From: Burkholderiales bacterium
Lineage (GTDB): Bacteria > Pseudomonadota > Gammaproteobacteria > Burkholderiales > SG8-39
Length of the DNA stretch: 39,735 nucleotides
NCBI GenBank assembly: GCA_964202115.1
Contig: CAXNIK010000003.1
Coordinates: forward strand, 1 to 39,735
Reading direction: 5' to 3'
In this document: positions 17,168 through 25,393 of the stretch, piece by piece
Position numbering within the stretch: the first letter of the stretch is position 1
How the letters are laid out: every line of letters begins with the position of its first letter
Program-made: the position numbers and the translations under genes
The notes under the pieces: generated by a model
Told to the model about the DNA's origin: nothing
What the model saw: only the letters and a program-made list of their open reading frames with translations
Databases searched by the model: none

Positions 17168-18573
17168 GCGCCGTCCATCAGCTGTCTGACATCGGTCAGG
17201 CGACCGGTGACCGCTGCAGCGGCCGCCATCGCCGGGCTGAGCAAATGGGTGCGCGCACCCTTGCCCTGGCGTCCGACGAAATTGCGGTTCGAGGTGGATG
17301 CGCAGTGCTCCCCTGGCCCGACCACATCGCCGTTCATGCCCACGCACATGGAGCAGCCGGGCAGGCGCCACTCGACGCCGGCCTCGCGAAAGACCTTGTC
17401 CAGGCCTTCGGCTTCGGCCTGCGCCTTGACCAGGCCAGAGCCCGGAACCGCCATGGAGGGTATGACCACTTTACGGCCCCGCAGCACGCTGGCGGCGACG
17501 CGCAGATCCTCAATGCGGCTGTTGGTGCAGGAACCGATGAACACGCGGTCTATCCTCATCTCTTGCAGCGGCATGCCCGACTTCAGCCCCATGTAGTCGA
17601 GCGCGGCACCGGCGTTGCGGCGGCGGCCTTCATCCACGCGCAGTTCCGCAGGTTCCGGTATTCGAGCCGATATGGGCGCAGCGTGTTCGGGATTGGTACC
17701 CCAGGTCACCATGGGTTCGATGCTGCGCGCGTCCAGACGAATCTCGCTGTTGAAAACGGCACCTTCATCGCTGGGCAGACTGCGCCACCAGGTCAACGCC
17801 TTCTCCCAGTGCTCGCCCCCGGGCGCATAGGGCCGGCCGGCCAGGTATTGATAGGTCGCATCGTCCGGGGCCACCATGCCGGCGCGCGCGCCGGCTTCTA
17901 TGGACATATTGCACACCGTCATGCGGCCCTCGACCGACAGGCCGCGTATGGCTTCGCCGGCGTATTCGATGACCTGACCTGATCCGCCGCCTATGCCCAA
18001 GCGGGCAATGACGGCCAGGATAATGTCCTTGGCACCCACCCAGGGCTGCAGCTTACCGTCCACAACCACGCGCATATTGGCCGCCTTGCGCTGCCACAGG
18101 GACTGCGTTGCCATCACATGTCCGACCTCCGAGGCGCCTATGCCAAAGGCCAACGCTCCCAGCGCGCCATGCGTGGCGGTATGGCTGTCGCCGCACACGA
18201 TCACCAGCCCGGGCTGGGTCAGTCCCTGCTCGGGTCCCACCACGTGCATGATGCCCTGGCGCTCATCACCCAGGTCGAACAGCGTCACGCCGGTGGCCGC
18301 GGTGTTGTTTCGCATGATCTGCAGGACCCTGCTGCTTTCCTCGTTCATGCCGCCGGGATCGCGCGTCTGCGTCGAGACGAAATGATCCGGAGAGCCGAAG
18401 GTGCGGTCTGGCCGGCGCAGCGGCAATCCCTTGCCCGCCAGCACACGGTAGCCGGCGTGGGAACCATCATGGATGTAATGGCGGCCCACGTGCAGCAGGG
18501 CCAGCCCCCCCTCGCGCTGGAGGATGGCGTGCCGTGACCAGATCTTGTCGTACAGCGTGCGGGGATGAGTCAT
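17164..18573 (-). CDS. leuC: 3-isopropylmalate dehydratase large-subunit homolog (aconitase family, 4Fe-4S; non-canonical)
   Basis: TLYDKIW, QGIMHVVGPEQG, CGDSHT, GSCTNSRIEDLR, PGCSMC, STSNRNFVGRQG. Confidence 0.88.
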   Translation of the reverse strand: MTHPRTLYDKIWSRHAILQREGGLALLHVGRHYIHDGSHAGYRVLAGKGLPLRRPDRTFGSPDHFVSTQTRDPGGMNEESSRVLQIMRNNTAATGVTLFDLGDERQGIMHVVGPEQGLTQPGLVIVCGDSHTATHGALGALAFGIGASEVGHVMATQSLWQRKAANMRVVVDGKLQPWVGAKDIILAVIARLGIGGGSGQVIEYAGEAIRGLSVEGRMTVCNMSIEAGARAGMVAPDDATYQYLAGRPYAPGGEHWEKALTWWRSLPSDEGAVFNSEIRLDARSIEPMVTWGTNPEHAAPISARIPEPAELRVDEGRRRNAGAALDYMGLKSGMPLQEMRIDRVFIGSCTNSRIEDLRVAASVLRGRKVVIPSMAVPGSGLVKAQAEAEGLDKVFREAGVEWRLPGCSMCVGMNGDVVGPGEHCASTSNRNFVGRQGKGARTHLLSPAMAAAAAVTGRLTDVRQLMDGA

Positions 18574-18601
18574 GATTCCAGTCTACAGGGCATGCCCACG
18601 G

Positions 18602-19585
18602 CTAGTTGATCTTGAGATTGATAGCCTTGACCACGGTCCGGTTCTGCTCGATCTCGTTCTTGATCAGCGTGCCCAGCCTCTCGGGTGTGCCGCCCTCGGA
18701 TTCCAGGCCCTGCTTGAACAGCATGTCCTTTACATCGGGCTTGTTGACGATCTCCCCAATCAGCGAATTGAGTCTCATGACGATATCCCGAGGTGTTCCT
18801 GCCGGCGCAAGCATTCCGTACCAACCGATGCGTTCGAATCCAGGCAGGCCGGATTCGCTCATGGTGGGAACAGTGGGCGCCAGGGCGGAGCGCCTGGCAC
18901 TGGTCACGGCAATGGCCTTTATCTTGCCCGCCTTGAGCATGCCCTGCGCGCCGGTCACGCTGGGAAAGCTAAGATGAATCTCTCCGCCTGCGAGCGCAGC
19001 AGCGCCCTCGGCCGACCCCTTGAAAGGCACATGGGTGATGGAGAGTTTGGCCATGTAATTGAGCGACTCCCCGGTCAGATGGGCAGAACTACCCACCCCC
19101 GAAGTCGAATAGTTCAGCTTGCCCGGATTGGCCCGCGCATAGGCAATCACCGATTTCAAATCGTCCCCCGGCACAGACACGTGCGCCACCATCAGAAAGG
19201 GCGACGAGGTAATCAACGCAATAGGTGCGAGATCCTTCTCCAGGTTATAGGGCAGGTCCGAGCGGACCGCCGGCACGATGGCATCGGCGGCAACAATGAC
19301 GATGGTCGTGTAGCCGTCCGGCGGTGCCTTGGCCACCAAATCAATGGCGATGGTGCCGGTGGCGCCTGGACGGTTCTCGACCAGGAAGGGCCTGCCCAGA
19401 TGTTCTGCCAGATGCGGAGCAACCATCCGCGCCGTTGTATCGGTGGATCCACCGGTGCCGTATCCAATCAGGATGCGCACGGGCTTGGCGGGCCAGGCCT
19501 GCGCATGAACTGTTGCTACTTGCAACCCGAAGCAGGCAGCGACGGCGGCAAACAGGGTGTTTCTGATGCTCTTGGTCATGTTCAT
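18602..19585 (-). CDS. Bug/TctC solute-binding protein
   Basis: AQAWPAKPVRILIGYGTGGSTD, ENRPGA, PPDGYT, NPGKLNY, HVPFKG, WYGMLAPAGTP. Confidence 0.93.
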   Translation of the reverse strand: MNMTKSIRNTLFAAVAACFGLQVATVHAQAWPAKPVRILIGYGTGGSTDTTARMVAPHLAEHLGRPFLVENRPGATGTIAIDLVAKAPPDGYTTIVIVAADAIVPAVRSDLPYNLEKDLAPIALITSSPFLMVAHVSVPGDDLKSVIAYARANPGKLNYSTSGVGSSAHLTGESLNYMAKLSITHVPFKGSAEGAAALAGGEIHLSFPSVTGAQGMLKAGKIKAIAVTSARRSALAPTVPTMSESGLPGFERIGWYGMLAPAGTPRDIVMRLNSLIGEIVNKPDVKDMLFKQGLESEGGTPERLGTLIKNEIEQNRTVVKAINLKIN

Positions 19586-19613
19586 TTCCTTGTCCTCCTT
19601 TGGACTTCTTGGA

Positions 19614-20597
19614 TCACTCTGGTTTGATGCCCGCGGCCTTGACCAGCCTGGCATTGACATCGAGTTCCTTGCGAATAAAGGCGGCGAACTCTTCGGGCGT
19701 GTTCGTCGCCGGCTCCAGGCCCTGTTTCTGCAGTACTGACTTGATCTCGTTGGTATTAGTCGCGCTCACCACCACGGAATGCACTTTCATGATGATGTCG
19801 CGCGGCACGCCGGCCTTGGTCATGAGGCCATACCAGCCGAGCCTGTCATAACCCTTGAGGCCGGACTCATCCAGCGTGGGGATGTTCGGCATGAGGATGG
19901 AACGCTTGTCGTGCGACATGGCTAGCGGAATGACCCTGCCGGAGTTGAGAAAGGGTATCGCCGAATTTATGCTTACGAAGGACATGTCCACTTCGCCAGT
20001 GGCGGTCGCGGTCGCCGCGGCTGCACCACCCTTGTAAGGCACATGCACCAGCTCGATGCCGGCCATTGACTTCAGCAGTTCCCCGGACAGATGCAGCGCG
20101 CTGCCGACACCGTCGGAGCCATAGGTATGCTTGTTGGGCTGCGCCTTCGCCATGGCGATCAGCTCGCCCACGCTGCGCGCCTTGAGCGTGGCAGGCACCA
20201 CCAGCACGTACGTGCCTATGGTCACCAGGGAGATCGGCGCAAAATCGCGCAACAAATCGTAGGGGATTTTCGAGCTGAGCGCCGGATGCACCGCCGCCGA
20301 AGCGGCCACCATGATGAGGGTGTAACCATCGGCGGGTGCGGACAGCAGGCGTTGCCCGGCCAACTGCCCGGACGCACCCACGACGTTTTCCACGGTAACG
20401 GGCTGGCCCAGAGACTCCCCCATCTTCTGCGCCACCAGCCGCGCCGTGGTGTCAGTAGCTCCGCCAGCCGCCAGCCCGACCAGCATGCGTATGGGCTTAA
20501 CTGGATAGGCCTGGGACCATGCGGCCTGGCTGCCCATGGCCGCGATGGTGAATAACGCCAGCAATGCGTGATGCAAATTCCATTTGCTCTGGATCAT
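19614..20597 (-). CDS. Bug/TctC solute-binding protein
   Basis: YPVKPIRMLVGLAAGGATD, PADGYT, HVPYKGG, WYG, NTPEEF. ATG 20597 after GGAGG. Confidence 0.93.
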   Translation of the reverse strand: MIQSKWNLHHALLALFTIAAMGSQAAWSQAYPVKPIRMLVGLAAGGATDTTARLVAQKMGESLGQPVTVENVVGASGQLAGQRLLSAPADGYTLIMVAASAAVHPALSSKIPYDLLRDFAPISLVTIGTYVLVVPATLKARSVGELIAMAKAQPNKHTYGSDGVGSALHLSGELLKSMAGIELVHVPYKGGAAAATATATGEVDMSFVSINSAIPFLNSGRVIPLAMSHDKRSILMPNIPTLDESGLKGYDRLGWYGLMTKAGVPRDIIMKVHSVVVSATNTNEIKSVLQKQGLEPATNTPEEFAAFIRKELDVNARLVKAAGIKPE

Positions 20598-20637
20598 GTT
20601 TTTTCCTCCGGATGTGGATGCACTATGTAGATGCGCC

Positions 20638-21417
20638 CTATTTGCCAACGAACTTCGGTTGCCGCTTCTCGATGAACGCCTTCGCCCCTTCCTTCTGATC
20701 CTGGGACGAGAACAACAGCTGTATGGCCTTGGTCTCCAGTCGCAGTGCCGTATCCAGGTTGACGTCCTGGCCGGCGAGGATGACTTCCTTGGTCTGCTGC
20801 ACGCTCAGAGGCGGCAGCGTGGCGATGTGTGTTGCCATTTCTATTGCGCGTTTTTCTGCCTCTCCGTCAGGCACCACTTCGCTGACCAGGCCCATGTCGA
20901 AGGCCTCCTTCGCCGTGAACAGCTCGCCGGTTAGGCAGATCTTCATGGCCTTGTACTTGCCCACGGCGCGTATCAACCTTTGCGTGCCGCCACCGCCTGG
21001 CATCACGCCCACCTTCACCTCGGGCTGACCGAACTTGGTGGATTCGGCGGCGATGATGATGTCGCAGGCCATGGCCAGCTCCGAGCCGCCGCCCAGCGCC
21101 AGTCCGCTCACCGCGGCGATGACCGGCTTGGTGCAGGAGGCGGTGTCGCGCCACAACTTGTCGGTCTTGCGTGCCATCGCTCCTACGGAATCCAGCGAGG
21201 CCAGTTCCTTCAGATCGGCGCCGGCGGCAAAGGATTTCTCGTTGCCGGTGAGCACAACGCAGCGCACGGTGTCATCGTCGCTGAGTTCGAGCATGTACCT
21301 GGCGATCAGGCGGCGCACATCCATATTGAGCGCATTGCGCGCATCGGGACGGTTGATGCGCACCATCGCGACGCCGTCGGCGGGGCGCTCCAGCAGCACT
21401 ACGGGTTGATCAGCCAT
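20638..21417 (-). CDS. Enoyl-CoA hydratase (crotonase, both catalytic Glu present)
   Basis: FAAGADL, ALGGGSELA, FGQPEVKVG, PGGGGTQRL. Confidence 0.92.
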   Translation of the reverse strand: MADQPVVLLERPADGVAMVRINRPDARNALNMDVRRLIARYMLELSDDDTVRCVVLTGNEKSFAAGADLKELASLDSVGAMARKTDKLWRDTASCTKPVIAAVSGLALGGGSELAMACDIIIAAESTKFGQPEVKVGVMPGGGGTQRLIRAVGKYKAMKICLTGELFTAKEAFDMGLVSEVVPDGEAEKRAIEMATHIATLPPLSVQQTKEVILAGQDVNLDTALRLETKAIQLLFSSQDQKEGAKAFIEKRQPKFVGK

Positions 21418-21426
21418 ATCCGCTCC

Positions 21427-22254
21427 TCAATGCTTCTTCGCCGTCTTGCGCTTGGAGGGAAAGTCGGCCGCCTTCTTGGCGCGCACCGCCTTCACCCCGG
21501 CCTGGGTGTCGGCCGAGAAGAAGGCCATCTTCTCCACCGCCATGGAGTAATCGAAGGCGGTGATGCCCCCCAGGCGCAGCCACTGGTTGAGCGAGCGCTT
21601 GGTCAGCGAGATAGCCCATTGCGGACCGTCGGCCAGCTGGCGGCCCAGCTTCATGGCGGCCGGCAGCACTTCGGCGCGCGGCAGGCATTTGCTGACCATG
21701 CCGATGCGCTCGGCTTCCTTGCCATCCATCATCTCGGCGGTGAGCAGGTAGTACTTGGTCTTGGCCATGCCGCACAACAGCGGCCAGATCATGGTGGCGT
21801 GGTCGCCGGCCACTACACCCAGCTTGATGTGGCCGTCGCCCATCTTGGCGTCCTCGGCCATGATGGAGATGTCCGACATCATGGCCACGGCCAGACCCGC
21901 GCCCACGGCCACGCCGTTGATGGCGGCGATGATGACCTTGTCGCAGTTGACCATGTTGTAGACCAGGTCGCGCGCATCGTTGTTGGTGATGTCATCGAAA
22001 CGCTCTTCCGCAGGCAGTTCCATGCGCTGCTCGAGCATGGACAGGTCGCCCCCGGCGGAGAAGGCCTTGTCACCGGCACCGGTGACAACGATGGCGCGAA
22101 CCTCCGGATCGCGGTCCAGATCGCGCCAGATGTCGCCCAGCTCGCGATGCAGGACGTGGTTGACTGCGTTGTACACCTCGGGGCGGTTGATGGTGACCTT
22201 GGCGAGGCCGTCGTCGATTTCAATGATCAGGTGCTGGTAGCGGCTGTAGTCCAT
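21427..22254 (-). CDS. Crotonase-superfamily protein with His/Asp instead of Glu/Glu
   Basis: FSAGGDL, AVGAGLAVA (no Glu), DGHIKLGVVAGDH. Confidence 0.88.
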   Translation of the reverse strand: MDYSRYQHLIIEIDDGLAKVTINRPEVYNAVNHVLHRELGDIWRDLDRDPEVRAIVVTGAGDKAFSAGGDLSMLEQRMELPAEERFDDITNNDARDLVYNMVNCDKVIIAAINGVAVGAGLAVAMMSDISIMAEDAKMGDGHIKLGVVAGDHATMIWPLLCGMAKTKYYLLTAEMMDGKEAERIGMVSKCLPRAEVLPAAMKLGRQLADGPQWAISLTKRSLNQWLRLGGITAFDYSMAVEKMAFFSADTQAGVKAVRAKKAADFPSKRKTAKKH

Positions 22255-22307
22255 GCTGGTGTTCCTTCTCGGATATCTGTGTATGTCTGTTCGCTGAAAG
22301 CCGGCAC

Positions 22308-23192
22308 CTACTTGGTGGGCTTGGGGTTCTTCGGATCACTGTAGTCATACCAGCCGGCGCCGGTCTTGCGGCCCAGTTGCCCGGCCTTGACGCGTGCCAC
22401 CAGGCTTTGCGGCGGATTAAAGCGCTCGCCGTAAGCCTCCTTCAGCGACAGGGTATTGAACAGCGCCACGTCCAGGCCGTTGAAGTCGGACAGCTCTATC
22501 GGCCCCATGGGATGGTTGAAGCCCAGGCGCATGGCGCGATCGATGTCCTCCATGGAGGCCACGCCCTCTTCCAGCATGCGGTAGCACTCCAGGCGCAGCG
22601 CGGCCGCAGCGCGGGTGGTGATGAAGCCCACGGTGTCGCGCTTGCACACGGCGGCTTCCTTGCCAAGCTTCTTGGTCAGGGCCAGCACGGTCTGCAGGGC
22701 CTCGTCGGAGGTCTTCAGGCCGTTCACGACTTCCACCAGACGCATCATCACCGGTGGATTGAAGAAGTGCATTCCGATCACGTCCTGGGGCCGGTCTATG
22801 GCCGAGGCGATGGCCGTGATGGAGAGCTGCGAGGTGTTGGTGGCCAGCACCGTGCCGGGTTTGGCGGCTGCGGCGATGTCCTTGAACACGCTTTGCTTCA
22901 GCTCCATCTTCTCCGGCACCACTTCGATGACGATGTCCACTTCGGACACCGCGTCCTTGAGCGAGGTCGTGGTGCGGATGCGCTTGACCACGGCATCAGC
23001 CTGCTCCTGGGTGAGCTTCTGCGATTTCACGAAGCGCGCGAGGCTGGTCTTCACGTTCTCCACGCCGCGCTGAATGAAGCTGTCCTGGGTGTCGACCAAT
23101 GTCACATCCAGACCCGCCATCGAGCAGGCCTGGGCGATGCCATTGCCCATTGTTCCCGCGCCGACTACTGCAACTGACCGGACTTCAGCCAT
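22308..23192 (-). CDS. 3-hydroxyacyl-CoA (3-hydroxybutyryl-CoA-like) dehydrogenase
   Basis: GAGTMGNGIA, ATNTS, GMHFFNP, LVEVV, HPMGP, GRKTGAGWY. Confidence 0.93.
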   Translation of the reverse strand: MAEVRSVAVVGAGTMGNGIAQACSMAGLDVTLVDTQDSFIQRGVENVKTSLARFVKSQKLTQEQADAVVKRIRTTTSLKDAVSEVDIVIEVVPEKMELKQSVFKDIAAAAKPGTVLATNTSQLSITAIASAIDRPQDVIGMHFFNPPVMMRLVEVVNGLKTSDEALQTVLALTKKLGKEAAVCKRDTVGFITTRAAAALRLECYRMLEEGVASMEDIDRAMRLGFNHPMGPIELSDFNGLDVALFNTLSLKEAYGERFNPPQSLVARVKAGQLGRKTGAGWYDYSDPKNPKPTK

Positions 23193-23199
23193 GATTAGC

Positions 23200-23280
23200 C
23201 ACTCCTTTTTTGATAATAATATTCATTGATATGCAATGATGGTAATTAGTCATGTATTAAATTGATTATAATATCCAAGT
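23200..23280 (-). promoter_or_regulatory. AT-rich internal promoter region with TATAAT (23265-23270, minus strand) and palindrome TCATTG-N5-CAATGA (23223-23239)
   Basis: Sharp AT-rich island in GC-rich sequence. Perfect -10 hexamer oriented toward the 3-hydroxyacyl-CoA dehydrogenase, with the inverted repeat between it and the RBS. Confidence 0.5.
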
Positions 23281-23306
23281 CTTACAGGATCACCTTACAG
23301 GATCAC
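23281..23306. repeat. Perfect 13-bp tandem duplication CTTACAGGATCAC x2
   Basis: Copies at 23281-23293 and 23294-23306; the second copy contains the last codons and stop of 23295..24269. Confidence 0.85.
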
Positions 23307-24269
23307 AATGGCCTTGCCCGACACGCGCCGGTTCATGAGGTCGTCCAGCGCCTGGGCGGTCTTGGCGAAGGGATAGCGCGCGGTGATCAGGGGATGCAAT
23401 CTGCCTTCGGCCAGCCATCCGGCCAGCACGTCGGCATTGCGGCTGGCGGCTTCGGGCTCCACGTCCATGAAGTTGCCGCGACTCACTCCGACGATGGAGC
23501 AGCTCTTGAGCAAGGTCCAGTGCAGGGCCAGCTTGGGGATGTCGCCCGAGGCGAACCCGATCACGAGATAGCGCCCCTTGTAGGCCATGCTGCGCACGGC
23601 GGCTTCGGCGTACCTGCCGCCCACCGGATCGCAGACCACGTCAACCCCTCGCCCCTTGGTGAGATTCTTCAGCGCCTCGCGCAGGTCTTCCTTCTCGTAG
23701 TTGATGAGCTCGTCGGCGCCCAGTTGGCGGGCCGTCTCCAGTTTCTCCTGCGAAGAGGCACAGGCAATCACTCTCGCGCCCATGGCCTTGCCCAGGTCCA
23801 CGGCGGCGGCGCCTATGCCGCCACCCGCGGCCAGCACCAGCAGCGTCTCGCCCGGGGCCAGGTGGCCGCAGTCGTGCAGGCCGTGGTACGTGGTGGTATA
23901 GGGCAGACCGAAAGCCGCGGCCTGCTCGAAGTCCGTGCCAGGGCGCAAATGCGTGAGCCGGTCGAGCGGCACGATGATCTCCTCGGCAAAGGCGCCAAAG
24001 CGCATCAGCGCAATCACCGGATCGCCCGGCTTGAAACCGGTGACACCCTCGCCCACCTCCTTGATGACGCCGGCCGCATCAGCCCCGGGAGAAAACGGCA
24101 GGGGCGGCTTGTGCTGGTACAGCCCCTGAATGATGAGCGTGTCGTGGAAATTGATACCCGCGGCCTTGACGCTCACCACCACCTCCCCCCTGCCCGGATG
24201 CGGCGAGGGGATGTCCTCCAGCACCAGCTTGTCCGGCAGTCCCAATGTCTTGACCAGTAATGCCTGCAT
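23295..24269 (-). CDS. NADPH:quinone oxidoreductase-like Zn-independent MDR family reductase
   Basis: AAGINFHD..IIQG.YQ.KPPLPFSPG, AAGGGIG, DPVGG, GRYLVIGFASG, GKAIV. No Zn-binding Cys cluster. Confidence 0.9.
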   Translation of the reverse strand: MQALLVKTLGLPDKLVLEDIPSPHPGRGEVVVSVKAAGINFHDTLIIQGLYQHKPPLPFSPGADAAGVIKEVGEGVTGFKPGDPVIALMRFGAFAEEIIVPLDRLTHLRPGTDFEQAAAFGLPYTTTYHGLHDCGHLAPGETLLVLAAGGGIGAAAVDLGKAMGARVIACASSQEKLETARQLGADELINYEKEDLREALKNLTKGRGVDVVCDPVGGRYAEAAVRSMAYKGRYLVIGFASGDIPKLALHWTLLKSCSIVGVSRGNFMDVEPEAASRNADVLAGWLAEGRLHPLITARYPFAKTAQALDDLMNRRVSGKAIVIL

Positions 24270-24307
24270 GTTCCTCTTTCAGTTTCTTTCTGTATGTGCT
24301 GCGAAGC

Positions 24308-25393
24308 TCAGGTTGCAGTAACCGGCAACACCTTATGCTCGGCGGAGATGAAGAACCACAGCGCCTCGGGATCGCCAATGCGCGCCACACAGCGCCCCAC
24401 CCATTCCGCCCATTCCACCTCGCTGCCGAATTCATCGCGCCAGGACCACAGTCGCCGCGTGCTCCTGTGCAGGGCATGCTCGTAGGTGAAACCCATGGCG
24501 GCATGCACCTGGTGTGCGATGCCGGCGGCAATGCCGGCGGCCTCTCCTGCCCTGGCCTTGGTGGCGGCGATCTCGAAATCCGCCGCGTACACGCCGATGC
24601 CATCGAGCAGCGCATCAAACGCGGCGCTGGCAGCAGCCACCTCTGCCGCCATCACCGCGATCTGCTGCTGCACTGCCTGGAACTTGCCTATGGGCCGTCC
24701 GAATTGCTGGCGTTCCTGTGCATAGCGCACCGTCATGTCCAGCACCCGGTTGAGCGCCCCGGCCATGGCGGCCGAGCGAAAGGCGGCGCCCAGCGCTCGC
24801 AGGCGCTCCGCCTGCATGCCTCCTGCGCGAACGCGGTTCCCCGGCAAGACCAGCCGGTCAAAGACTAAATCGTCGCGCGGCTCGTTGGCATAACTGGCCC
24901 CCGCCATGGCGATAACCGGTTTCTCCACCACCACGGTGGCGCTGCCGCCGGGAAGTTGTGCGATCACCACGACAGCATTCGCATGACGCGCCCAGGGCAC
25001 ACGGCGCAGGCTGCCGGACAATTCCCATTGCTCGCCGCGAGGCGTGAGCGTCACATGCTCACCCGCCAGCACCGGTGCCACCGTCATCGGCACGCCCATG
25101 GGCTCGAGTCCGGCCGCAGCCAGGGCCAGTTCCGCCAGCAGGGTTTCCGCCAGCGGCGCGGGCAGGCAGGCACGTCCGGCTTCGCGAACCAGGGCCAGCG
25201 CGTCGCCCAGATCAGCACCCGATCCGCCGCGCGCCTCGCTGCGCGTGGCCTGCGTAAGCTGTGCCGATTCCAGCGCGGCCCACAGATCGGCGTTCCACTC
25301 CTGCCGCTCGGCCCGCTCGTATGCCTCGCGCGTGCACAGGCGCTCGAACAGCCGCGCAGCCTGGTCGACCAGTATGGCGCGCATGTCACTCAT
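24308..25393 (-). CDS. Acyl-CoA dehydrogenase family, short non-catalytic (beta-type) subunit
   Basis: PAPLAET, ERQQFGRPIGKFQAVQ, HQVHAAMGFTYEH, RRLWSWRDEFG. Lacks the SEPxxGSD motif and a catalytic Glu. Confidence 0.85.
   Translation of the reverse strand: MSDMRAILVDQAARLFERLCTREAYERAERQEWNADLWAALESAQLTQATRSEARGGSGADLGDALALVREAGRACLPAPLAETLLAELALAAAGLEPMGVPMTVAPVLAGEHVTLTPRGEQWELSGSLRRVPWARHANAVVVIAQLPGGSATVVVEKPVIAMAGASYANEPRDDLVFDRLVLPGNRVRAGGMQAERLRALGAAFRSAAMAGALNRVLDMTVRYAQERQQFGRPIGKFQAVQQQIAVMAAEVAAASAAFDALLDGIGVYAADFEIAATKARAGEAAGIAAGIAHQVHAAMGFTYEHALHRSTRRLWSWRDEFGSEVEWAEWVGRCVARIGDPEALWFFISAEHKVLPVTAT

Noticed and set aside
16541-18573. Housekeeping leucine biosynthesis operon
   Set aside because: No leuB, asd or leuA, conserved motifs are altered, and the neighbours are catabolic.
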